From positions 1-27,706 of the forward strand of contig NW_021833390.1 of NCBI RefSeq assembly GCF_006345805.1: DNA of 27,706 nucleotides, read 5' to 3'. The stretch is from Octopus sinensis (lineage: Eukaryota). Shown here in pieces: positions 1 through 10,327 of this stretch. The notes beneath the pieces are model-generated. The model was not told the DNA's origin. It saw nothing but the letters and a program-made list of their open reading frames with translations, and made no database searches. The position numbers and the translations under genes were made by a program. Each line of letters starts with the position of its first letter. Positions within the stretch are counted from its first letter, which is position 1.

Positions 1-497
1 GCTGTTTATCTTGATATGAGATCACCATGTAGCACACATATGGTTACGATGCATGTGCCTTGTGTACCATCATCAGACGGGTAGTCATGATGGGTATACT
101 GGGCTTCGTATATTTTACCCCAGTGTCATTTTGATGGCATGCGCTGCTCTCTCACTCAATAATAATAATAATCTTTTTTAGTGAAGGCACAAATCACAGC
201 GCATACCCAAGGCACACAGAGCTGCACTCAGTAGTGAAAGTGAAAGCACTTCAACAATTCTGTTGATTCTATCAGCCTGTTTCTAACTGAGGCCCAGGAC
301 CAGCTAATTTTAGTAAAAGAGGTGCAATTGACTAGTATCTTTATTTTATGCCTCTTGAAAGGGTGAAGGGCAAAGTTGGCCCGGATGTGATTTGAATTCA
401 GAATGTAAGAAGTCAGAAGAAACAAAATACCACAAGGCATTATTTTTACGAATGATTTAAAAAAAACAACAAAAAGGTAAAGTTATCTTCTCCAGTC

Positions 498-723
498 ATG
501 CTAACTCATAGGGGCCGGTTTCCCGGTTTCCATAACATACATATTCTCCACTTGGAAGGGACGCAGGTCTGTCGCATGGTTAGTCATTTTTGCCAGCTGA
601 GTGGACTGGAGCAACACAAAATGAAGTGTTTTGCTCAAGAACGCAATGCACTGCCTGGTCCAGGAATTGAAACCACAATCTTACGATCAAGAGTCCAACA
701 CCCTAACCACTAAGCTACGCACC
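498..723 (-). mobile_element. tRNA-derived SINE, family D
   Basis: Head AGGTGCGTAGCTTAGTGGTTAGGG...GGTTTCAATTCC with A/B boxes; second copy at about 8628-8885. Confidence 0.75.
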
Positions 724-814
724 TAATCATTCAGCCAAACCATCACCTTTTTTTAAAAAAACATTTCTAATTTATGCACAAGGCCAGCAATTTTGAGGGG
801 AGGGTATTTAATTA

Positions 815-820
815 TTTATT
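815..820 (-). promoter_or_regulatory. Candidate poly(A) signal AATAAA for HAUS3
   Basis: First AATAAA on the minus strand that I noticed downstream of the stop. It sits in AT-rich sequence, so it may be chance. Confidence 0.3.
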
Positions 821-839
821 TAATTAATTATATGAATGC

Positions 840-840
840 T

Positions 841-886
<46 letters not shown>

Positions 887-1062
887 TAAAGATGTGTATA
901 CATACACAAACACACATGTACACACACACACACTCACATATATGTACACATACATACTCGTATATACATAAACATACACATACATGTGTATAAGAACATG
1001 CACACACTCATACATATACACATACAAACATGTACACGTACACACACACACATACATATACA
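840..1062. repeat. Compound (TA)n/(CA)n microsatellite in the putative 3' UTR
   Basis: Dinucleotide runs seen directly. Confidence 0.9.
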
Positions 1063-1152
1063 AGACACCGAAAAGACGATTCCTTGAAATTTGATTTCGG
1101 TCAACATCTTCACCTGACCTCGCGCGATCCCCTGCTATGCCAATGCACGCAG

Positions 1153-1165
1153 AGGTCAAAGGTCA
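1153..1165 (+). promoter_or_regulatory. Perfect DR1 motif AGGTCA-A-AGGTCA
   Basis: Exact nuclear-receptor direct repeat 7 nt past the HAUS3 stop codon; function not shown. Confidence 0.3.
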
Positions 1166-1171
1166 AACATT

Positions 1172-1306
1172 TTACTGGGCTATCTTTTTGGCTTCCACTC
1201 GTGATTCCACTGTCTTGACACACTGCTCCAGCTTGGTCGGGTTTGTGTGGAAATACACAAACAGCTCTCTCTCCTGTTCCAGAAAGGGATCTGCTTTGCA
1301 ACGGAC
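1172..1306 (-). CDS. HAUS3: HAUS3 last coding exon (135 nt incl. stop): VRCKADPFLEQERELFVYFHTNPTKLEQCVKTVESRVEAKKIAQ*
   Basis: ttccAG acceptor, phase 0. ERELFVYF matches the recalled HAUS3 C-terminal EREFYVYF motif. Confidence 0.92.
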   Translation of the reverse strand, partial: VRCKADPFLEQERELFVYFHTNPTKLEQCVKTVESRVEAKKIAQ

Positions 1307-1738
1307 CTGGAAAACATAATAATAATAATAATAGAAGTCATGTTCTGTATACATGCGTGTGTGTGTGTGTGTGTGCGCGAGTCATGTTGGACCGTTAGCT
1401 CCTACACGCATTTTTTTTCTCTCCTTGTTTCTTTTCTGTGTATCTTTCTGTTGAAGAGCGTAGGCTCGAAACGTAAAAGACTTGTTTTATTTCTATTCCT
1501 GGGCGCCATACTAATACAATTGTTTGTTTGTACTCCACCTGCCTTCGTCTTTGGTTTATTTTCGTAAACCTGCCTTCGTCTTTTGTTTATTTTCGTAAAC
1601 CTTCCCGTTATATATATATGTGTGTGTGTGTGTGTGTACACTTTTTTTTATCCAAGGGGAGGCAATGCGAGCAACAACCACAGGAACGTCACAAAATTCA
1701 ATGATAGACCCAACACATAAAAATCTTGACATTAAATG

Positions 1739-1784
<46 letters not shown>

Positions 1785-1954
1785 ATCTAAACAGTCCGAC
1801 ATTTAAAAATATTTTTTAATCCAGTATCATATACAAATAAAAATATAAATATAAATATAAATTTTGCATATAACACGCTTAAAACTGTTATAAGAGAAAT
1901 AAGTACAATGATAATAAAATAAAAATATGGCATATCAAAAGACGAATAAAATTC

Positions 1955-2127
<173 letters not shown>

Positions 2128-2167
2128 CCAAAGTGTACATACGCTGCTGTATTTTTATATATGAAAT

Positions 2168-2467
2168 ATACAAAAATAGGACAAGAATGCAAAACATCCA
2201 GATAATTAGGTGATACAAAAAATAGGACAACAAAACATCTAGACAGACGATACAAAGAAAACAAGGACAGGTCATTCGGAGTTTTCTTTCCTCAATCAAA
2301 TTCCAGAAACCAGCCAAAATTGCAAAGATAATCTGGAACTCGACTGAGGAAAGAAAACTTTGAATGACCCGTCCTTGTTTTCTTTGTATCGTCTGTCTGG
2401 ATGTTTTGCTGTCCCTTTTTTGTATCACCTAACTGTCTAGATGTTTTGCGTTCTTGTCCCATTTTTG

Positions 2468-2470
<3 letters not shown>
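2168..2470. repeat. Long imperfect inverted repeat (about 140-bp arms, 24-nt loop)
   Basis: 2168-2307 is the reverse complement of 2332-2470, with about 14 substitutions and 1 indel. Confidence 0.9.
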
Positions 2471-2511
<41 letters not shown>

Positions 2512-2624
2512 CACATAACATCATCATTATCATCATCACTTCTTAACGTCTATCTTCCATGCTGGATGGTTTGACAAGATCTGCTAAGCAGCTCTGTTGC
2601 CTGTTTTGGTATGATTTTTATATT

Positions 2625-2808
2625 GGGCGAGCTGGCAGAATCGTTAGCATGCCTGGCGAAATGTGAAGCCATATTTCATCTGCCATTACATTCTGAGTTC
2701 AAATCCCGCCGAGGTCAACATTGCCTTTCATCTTTTCGGGGTCGATAATTGACTTAATCCGTTTGTCTATCCTAGTTTGTCCCCTCGTGGGTAATTAAGA
2801 AACATATA
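2625..2808 (+). mobile_element. SINE family B, degenerate copy
   Basis: GGCGAGCTGGCAGAATCGTTAGC head, GAGTTCAAATCC B box, CTTTCATC-TTTCGGGGTCGAT core. Confidence 0.75.
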
Positions 2809-3049
2809 TTGAATGCCCTTCCTAATGCCAACCACTTAGCAGAATAGACTAGGTGCTTTTCACATGACACCAGCAATCAAGAAGATCTGGTTTGGCATGG
2901 ATTTTACAGTTGGATGCCCTTCCAAACACCAGCCAGATTACAGTGTGGACCTGATGCTTTTTACATGGCACCAACACTGGCAAGATCAAATAAATAGAGG
3001 CTCTTTTGCTTTGCACATTGCATCAGGTGTCATTACACTGTGCTGCGTC

Positions 3050-3250
3050 GACTGGGCCTGAAATTTGTAGGGAGGGGACTAGTTAACTATATCGACTCCG
3101 GTGGGCAACTGGTGTTCATGTCATCGACCCCGAAAGGATAAAAGGCAAAGCTGACCTTGGCGGAATTTGAACTCAGGATGCAAGGACAGATAAAATGCCA
3201 CTAAGCATCTTGCCCAGCATGTTAACGATTCTGCCAGGTTGCCACCTTAA
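3050..3250 (-). mobile_element. SINE family B variant
   Basis: Same head and core on the minus strand, (TTA)n next to it. Confidence 0.7.
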
Positions 3251-3537
3251 TAATAATAATAATAATAATAATACAGATGAATGGATTCTATGGTATATCT
3301 ACAAATATTTCATTAAGAGATTTTATTGTGACATAGGATCATACAAGTAGACATATACAGACAAGCCAAAAGTCATAAGATCATGCAATATGTAACATGC
3401 AATCTCCCAACTCTTCAGGGTATACCATAATTAAAACAGGTAAATAATGCTATCCTGCTGAGGCGAAGTTATTACATTAAAGAGCCACTAAGTATTTTGT
3501 TTGACGTGTCAATAATTCTACCAGTTTGACACCTTAA

Positions 3538-3759
3538 CCATTTTGATACCAACCCAGCTGAAACCGGCTCTGGCTCTGTAGTACAAATGTCTTGTTTACA
3601 TAAGTTTTGAATTAAAATCTTCCACCAAACCTTAGTCACAATTTATGTTCCTAACACAAGCTGAATGATAACTAAGTTATTTTGCTAAATTCTTTGCTAT
3701 ATTTAAGATTAATTGAAAGACACACAGAGCATCTCAACAGAAATACGGTAACAAAAAGG
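3538..3759. mobile_element. piggyBac-type MITE copy 1 (222 bp)
   Basis: TTAA|CCATTTTGATACC...GGTAACAAAAAGG|TTAA: short TIRs and TTAA on both sides. Confidence 0.8.
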
Positions 3760-3908
3760 TTAAGAAGAAAAATAATCAGCAGAAGATATGAGAGAAGGAG
3801 ACCTCAATGAGGTCACTCTATATACTAGAAATAATAGCCTAAATTTTCTTCAATCCACACCCTTCCAACTGCTTCTAATGTCTATTTTCCCAAATGTAGA
3901 GATGTGTA

Positions 3909-4634
3909 CCCTTTCGATACCAACCCAGTTGAAACTGCCTCTGGGCTCTGTAGTACAAATGTCTTGTTTTCAAAAGATTTGAATTAAAATCTTCCACCAA
4001 ACCTTAGTCACAATTTATGTCCCTAACACTAGCTTAATGATAACAAAGTTATTTTACTAAATTCTTTGTTATATTTAAAGCAATTGAAAGAAACACAGAG
4101 CATCTCAACAGAAATATGGTAATAAAAGTGTAAAAATATATAATAGAGAAACAATTCTTAACCCTTTTGTTACCAACCTGGCTGAAACCAGCTCTGGCTC
4201 TGTTGTACAAATGTCTTGTTTTTATAAGTTTTGAATTAAAATCTTCCACCAAACCTTAGTCACAATTTATGTCCCTAACACTAGCTTAATGATAATGAAG
4301 TTATTTTACTAACTTCTTTGTTATATTTAAAATTAATTGAAAGAAACACAGATCATCTTAACAGAAATATGGTAACAAAAGGGTTAAAATATATAATAGA
4401 GAAACAATTCTTAACTCTTTTGTTACCAACCTGGCTGAAACCACCTCTGGCTCTGTTGTACAAATGTCTTGTTTTTATAAGTTTTGAATTAAAATCTTCT
4501 ACCAAACCTTAGTCACAATTTATGTTCCTAACACCAGGTTAATGATAACTAAGTTATTTTACTAAACTCTTTGTTAAATTTAAAATTAATTGAAAGAAAC
4601 TCAGAGCATCTCAAAATATATGGTAAAGAAATTG
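3909..4634. mobile_element. Three tandem copies of the same piggyBac-type MITE (3909-4130, 4162-4383, 4415-4634)
   Basis: Copy 3 is TTAA|CCCTTTTGTTACC...GGTAACAAAAGGG|TTAA. An identical spacer AATATATAATAGAGAAACAATTC lies between copies. Confidence 0.8.
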
Positions 4635-4727
4635 TTAACGAAGATAATAATGATGATGTTGGCTATCATGATGATTGAGGTTAATAACAATAAATAAAAA
4701 AAATAGAAGAAATAAACAAAGAGTCAC

Positions 4728-4908
4728 CTTTCTGGTTTTAAATTCAAGAGCAATGCCTTCCAGTTTCTTATACAGGACAGCCAAATTGTCATTCAGTTTT
4801 GAAAGGGTCTCGTCAACATCCATTGGTGTCACTAGTACAGTATTAGGGATCCCTTGGTGCTGGGATTCATGGTAAAGTTGATGAATTCCCTTCTGAATAA
4901 CGGTATTC
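4728..4908 (-). CDS. HAUS3: HAUS3 exon (181 nt, phase 2 to 0): NTVIQKGIHQLY...TLSKLNDNLAVLYKKLEGIALEFKTRK
   Basis: gtccAG / GTGACT. Resembles recalled HAUS3 QFHKVESQLNKLNHLLTDILADVKTKRK. Confidence 0.9.
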
Positions 4909-4934
4909 CTGGACAAACAGACAGTGTTGATTAA

Positions 4935-5086
4935 GCCTTTAGCATTTAAACTGGCCATACCAGGCCCAAATATCCAACAGGTTTTATGCTCAAACTGGCC
5001 AGATCCAGCCTATCACGCACATCTTACAATGTCATTTTAAAAATGAGCAATCACATCTTCCAAAATCTCAAAGCTATCAGATAGAT
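4935..5086. mobile_element. Truncated end of a second TTAA-anchored MITE-like element
   Basis: TTAA|GCCTTTAGCATTTAAACTGGCCATA resembles a CCCTTTAGCAT terminus; no partner end seen. Confidence 0.45.
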
Positions 5087-6520
5087 CATCATCATCATCA
5101 TCGTTTAACGTCTGTTCTCCAAGCTAGCATGGGTTGGACGGTTCGACCGGGGATCTGGGAAGCCAGAAGGCTGCACCAGGCTCCGGTCTTATCTGGCAGT
5201 GTTTATACAGCTGGATGCCCTTCCTAACGCCAACCACTCCGAGAGTGTAGTGGGTGCTTTTTACGTGCTACCTGCACAGGTGCCAGACGAGGCTGGCAAC
5301 GGCCACGGTCAGGCCCAAATATCCAACAGGTTTTATGCTCAAACTGGCCAGATCCAGCCTATCACGCACATCCTACAATGTCATTTTAAAAATGAGCAAT
5401 CAACATCATCATTGTTTAACGTCCGTTCTCCATGCTAGCATGGGTTGGACGGTTCGACTGGGGATCTGGGGAGCCAGAAGGCTGCACCAGGCTCCAGTCT
5501 TATCTGGCAGTGTTTCTACAGCTGGATGCCCTTCCTAACGCCAACCACTCCGTGAGTGTAGTGGGTGCTTTTTACGTGCTACCTGCACAGGTGCCAGACG
5601 AGGCTGGCAACGGCCACGGTCAGGCCCAAATATCCAACAGGTTTTATGCTCAAACTGGCCAGATCCAGCCTATCACGCACATCCTACAATGTCATTTTAA
5701 AAATGAGCAATCAACATCATCATTGTTTAACGTCCGTTCTCCATGCTAGCATGGGTTGGACGGTTCGACTGGGGATCTGGGGAGCCAGAAGGCTGCACCA
5801 GGCTCCAGTCTTATCTGGCAGTGTTTCTACAGCTGGATGCCCTTCCTACGCCAACCACTCCGTGAGTGTATGGGGTGCTTTTTACGTGCTACCTGCACAG
5901 GTGCCAGACGAGGCTGGCAACGGCCACGGTCAGGCCCAAATATCCAACAGGTTTTATGCTCAAACTGGCCAGATCCAGCCTATCACGCACATCCTACAAT
6001 GTCATTTTAAAAATGAGCAATCAACATCATCATTGTTTAATGTCCGTTCTCCATGCTAGCATGGGTTGGACGGTTCGACTGGGGATCTGGGAAGCCAGAA
6101 GGCTGCACCAGGCTCCAGTCTGATCTGGCAGTGTTTCTACAGCTGGATGCCCTTCCTAACGCCAACCACTCCGTGAGTGTAGTGGGTGCTTTTTACGTGC
6201 TACCTGCACAGTGCCAGACGAGGCTGGCAACGGCCACGGTCAGGCCCAAATATCCAACAGGTTTTATTGCTCAAACTGGCAGATCCAGCCTATCACGCAC
6301 ATCCTACAATGTCATTTTAAAAATGAGCAATCAACATCATCATTGTTTAATGTCCGTTCTCCATGCTAGCATGGGTTGGACGGTTCGACTGGGGATCTGG
6401 GAAGCCAGAAGGCTGCACCAGGCTCCAGTCTGATCTGGCAGTGTTTCTACAGCTGGATGCCCTTCCTAACGCCAACCACTCCGTGAGTGTAGTGGGTGCT
6501 TTTTATGTGCCACCTGCACT
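4961..6520. repeat. Tandem array of five about 310-bp composite units (MITE fragment + family A fragment)
   Basis: Anchor CAGGCCCAAATATCC at 4961, 5310, 5621, 5931 and 6241; near-identical units. Confidence 0.95.
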
Positions 6521-6544
6521 GGTGCCTCAACTGGTTTTGTGTCC

Positions 6545-6665
6545 AAGGGAGGAAAGGCATGCATAAGTGGGCTGGGCTCACTTGTCCTGCCTGGTCTTCT
6601 CACGTACAGCATATTTTCAAAGGTCTCGGTCGCTGGTCATTTCCTCAGTGAGGCCTAAAGATAGA
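6545..6665 (-). mobile_element. RTE-like LINE 3' terminal fragment
   Basis: Translates as LGLTEEMTSDRDL*KYAVREKTRQDK*, like the RTE C-terminal A/M-x-DR-x-x-W(R/K) motif with W mutated to stop. Confidence 0.5.
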
Positions 6666-6684
6666 TGCGCGACTATTTTAAAAC

Positions 6685-7080
6685 AATCATCATCATCATC
6701 ATCATTGTCGCTTAACGTCTGCTTTCCACACTGTCACGTTCGGACAGTCTCACTGAAGACTGGCACGCCGGAAGGCTGTACCAGGATCCAATCTGATCTG
6801 GCAAGGTTTCTATAGCTGGATGCCCTTCCTAACGCCAACAACTCCGAGAGTGTAGCGGGGGCTTTTTACGTGAGGTCCAGTCAGGTGGTACTGGCATCAA
6901 CCACACTCGAATGGTGCTTTTTACGTGCCACCAGTACAGGAGCCAGTAAGGTGGCACTAGCAACAACCCACGCTTGAATGATGCTTTTTACATGCCACTG
7001 GCATGGGTGCCAGTCAAGCGACACTGGCAACGATCATGCTTGAATGGCGCTTTTTACGCGCCACCGGCACGGGTGCCTGT
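6685..7080 (-). mobile_element. Family A SINE-like element with (ATG)n tail and degenerate 62-bp repeats
   Basis: CATCAT tail, GCTGGATGCCCTTCCTAACGCCAAC core. Confidence 0.75.
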
Positions 7081-7648
7081 CAGGTCAACTTTGCCGAGGT
7101 CAACTTTGCCTCTCATCCTTTTGGGGCTGACTAATTAAGTACCAGTTACGCACTGAGGTCAAAGTAATCGACTTAGTCCCTTTGTATGTCCTTGTTTGTT
7201 CCCTCTATGTTTAGCCCCTTGTGGGTAATAAAGAATTAGATATAAGCAACTGACAAAATATCGCCCTCCACTGTTGCAGTGGCTTATTGAGTTTGCTTTC
7301 ACGTCCATTTTCCCATGCTGGCATGGGTTAGATGACTATTCCACAGGGGCTTTGTTTTACAGTTGATTGCCTTTCCCGTCGTGAGCCCTTACTTGTTTTA
7401 CAAGTAAGGGTTTTTCTTTCATGTATCTCTTAAGGTATGAAGTGAGCCGAGGACTTGGCAACAGGAGAAATGACAAAAGCAATATCACTGCTTGCAGATC
7501 AGTGATTTTTGAAGATGTACAAATGTAAATGAAAATGTAGACAGGTGCCGGGTTGGCTGTGTAGTAAGAAGTTTGCTTTCCATCAGAAGTCTTGCTCATA
7601 TCTCATTCTGGCTTAGATTCTATGACTGGATATCGTCATAGAATACCA

Positions 7649-8625
7649 ACCTATTTCTTTACTACCCACAAGGGGCTAAACACAGAGGTAACAAACAAGG
7701 ACAAACAAACGGATTAAGTCGATTACATCGACCCCCAGTGCGTGAGATGACAGAAACGTTAGCACGCTGGGCGAAATGCGTAGCCGTATTTCGTCTGCCG
7801 CTACGTTCTGAGTTCAAATTCCGCCGAGGTCGACTTTGCCTTTCATCCTCTCGGGGTCGATTAAATAAGTACCAGTTACGCACTGGGGTCGATATAATCC
7901 ACTTAAACCGTTTGTCTGCGCTTGTTTGTCCTCTCTGTGTTTAGCCCCTTGTGGGTAGTAAAGAAATAGGTACTTATTTAATCGACCCCGAAAGGATGAA
8001 AGGCAAAGTCGACCTCGGTGGAATTTGAACTCAGAACATAGCAGCAGACGAAATACCTATTTCTTTACTACCCATAAGGGGCTACACACAGAGAGGACAA
8101 ACGGATTAAGTTGATTATATCAACCCCAGTGCATAACTGGTACTTATTTAATCCGAAAGGATGAAAGGCAAAGTCGACCTCGGTGGAATTTGAACTCAGA
8201 ACATAGCAGCAGACGAAATACCTATTTCTTTATTACCCATAAGGGGCTACACACAGAGAGGACAAACAAGGACAAACGGATTAAGTTGATTACATCGACC
8301 CCCATTGCGTAACTGGTACTTATTTAATCCGAAAGGATGAAAGGCAAAGTCGACCTCGGTGGAATTTGAACTCAGAACATAGCGGCAGATGAAATACCTA
8401 TTTCTTTACTACCCATAAGGGGCTACACACAGAGAGGACAAACAAGGACAGACAAACGGATTAAGTCGATTATAACAACCCCCAGTGCGTAACTGGTACT
8501 TATTTAATCGACCCTGAAAAGATGAAAGGCAAAGTCGACCTCGGCAGAATTTGAACTCAGAACGTAGCGGCAAACGAAATACCGCTAAGCATTTCGCCCG
8601 GCGTGCTAACGTTTCTGCCAGCCAC
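7649..8625 (-). mobile_element. SINE family B head-to-tail multimer with an inverted copy embedded at about 7743-7970
   Basis: Junction GACGAAATA|CCTATTTCTTT at 8056, 8221 and 8397; plus-strand copy inside. Confidence 0.85.
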
Positions 8626-8627
8626 TT

Positions 8628-8885
8628 TACAGAGAGGTTACCATGCCCTCAACCAAAGGATAAAGATCCTTCTCGAGTTCCGTAGGCCTGTTGCGTATAT
8701 ATTCCCCCACCTGGATAGGGTGCTAGTCCACCACAGGATTACTCATTTTTGCCAGCTGAGTGGACTGGCGCAATGTGAAATGAAGTGCCTTGCTCAAGAA
8801 CACAATACGTTGCCCGATCCAGGAATTGAAACCACAACCTTAGGATCATGAGTCCAAAACCCCCTAACCACTTAGCCACGCATCT
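8628..8885 (-). mobile_element. tRNA-derived SINE, family D
   Basis: Homologous to 498-723. Confidence 0.75.
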
Positions 8886-8989
8886 CCACACTAACACAAT
8901 GATAGGGACAAGACAAACACACGTCTCTGCTCACTTGCCAGTTCTACACACACACACAGATACATACATACAAGTGATCATTACCTGCG

Positions 8990-9350
8990 TCGCCTTACTG
9001 GCACTTGTGCTGGTGGCACGGGATAAAAAAATTCGATCGAGGTCATTGCCAGTGCCGCTGGACTGGCTCCTGTGCAGGTGGCGCGTAAAAGGCACCATTT
9101 GAGTGTGGCTGTTGCCAGAACCACCTGACTGGCCCTCGTGCCGGTGGCACGTAAAAGCACCCACTACACTCTCGGAGTTATCTTCATTGCCAAGACTAAT
9201 GCCTCACTTGACACACACAAATATATACATACAAACAAATGATTATATGTGAGTGTATATAAATATGTGTGTGTTTATGTATATTATCTATAATCCATGT
9301 GAATATATATATATATACATATATAGTATGTATGTCTATGTATGTACATC

Positions 9351-9384
<34 letters not shown>

Positions 9385-9722
9385 ATGTATGTACACACAC
9401 AGACATACATACTATATATATATATATATATATATTCACATACATTATAGATAATATACATAAATACACACATATTTATATACACTCACATATAATCATA
9501 TATACTTATTCTTACATATCCCGTGCCGGTGTCACATAAAAAGCACCCACTACACTACACTCTCGGAGTGGTTGGCATTAGGAAGGGCATCCAGCTGTAG
9601 AGAATCTGCCAGATCAGGTCGGAGCCTGGTGCAGCCATCTGGTTCGCCAGTCCTCAGTCAAATCGTACAACCCATGGTAGCATGGAAAGCGGATGTTAAA
9701 CAATGATGATGATGATGATGAT
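8990..9722 (+). mobile_element. Family A element split by an insert at 9179-9521
   Basis: Core and (ATG)n tail at 9522-9722; about 42-bp imperfect duplication (9137-9178 / 9522-9569) flanks the insert. Confidence 0.75.
9239..9499. repeat. Near-perfect palindrome of degenerate microsatellite (111-bp arms, 39-nt loop)
   Basis: 9239-9349 is the reverse complement of 9389-9499 with about 6 mismatches. ORF-track entries 9269+ and 9469- give near-identical peptides. Confidence 0.9.
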
Positions 9723-9818
9723 ACACACACACACAGACAGACACACAATCATATTTACATACAGGAAAATGGTGTGAGATATATATATACACCCCACACA
9801 CCACAGGAAGATACTCAC

Positions 9819-9975
9819 ATTTTCTGCAGCTTCATTTCACGCTGCTGCTCGAGCTTCTGCAAGTCGTCGATAACCTTATTTGCAGTGGCGTGCAGCGACT
9901 CGGCAACACCTTTCATCCTTGCATTGTCAATGTACAGTAGATCTGCAGCGTTGTCAATGTCATCAGAAATTGTAG
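9819..9975 (-). CDS. HAUS3: HAUS3 exon (157 nt, phase 1 to 2): TISDDIDNAADLLYIDNARMKG...QQREMKLQK
   Basis: tttcAG / GTGAGT. Coiled-coil-like heptads; AT|G joins the next exon. Confidence 0.9.
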
Positions 9976-10007
9976 CTGAAATGAAACAGATAGGGATATA
10001 TATATAT

Positions 10008-10314
10008 ACTAGCAGTATCGCCTGTCATTGCTCAGGTTTGTAAGGGAAATAACCATATGAGCATTTTTAGAGAGTTACTTCCTTTATATAAACCAAGCAA
10101 AAAATGCATTAAAAATGTGGAAAAATGATGGTAAATTTTTTTTTAAATCGTAGACTTATCGTAGACGAGCGCTAATACCCAGAAGGGCTCGATATGAATC
10201 ACGACTATAAGATACCCGCTTTTGGTTAAACTGCACCGCAAAATGTGGGAGTAGTTAGGAATCTAAATCGGAGTAGACAGACACACACACAACTTCAGTT
10301 TTATATATAAAGAT
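10008..10314 (+). mobile_element. Non-autonomous Helitron/Helentron-like element
   Basis: Starts ACTAGCAGTATCGCC-TTGCTC-GG, ends ACAGACACACACAC-ACTTCAGTTTTATATATAAAGAT, inserted in (TA)n. Matches the recalled layout of Lep1/HINE-type elements. Confidence 0.55.
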
Positions 10315-10327
10315 ATATATATATATA

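Noticed and set aside
1538-1600. 31-bp two-copy tandem duplication
   Set aside because: Real, but an ordinary slippage duplication with no further signal.
5199-6566. Repeated ORFs in the 310-bp array
   Set aside because: SINE/MITE-derived, broken by 1-nt indels between copies, no consistent splice sites.
7385-7409. 11-bp perfect stem CCCTTACTTGT-ttt-ACAAGTAAGGG
   Set aside because: Lies in a degenerate A-related repeat; short stems are common in retroposon bodies, and bacterial terminators are irrelevant here.
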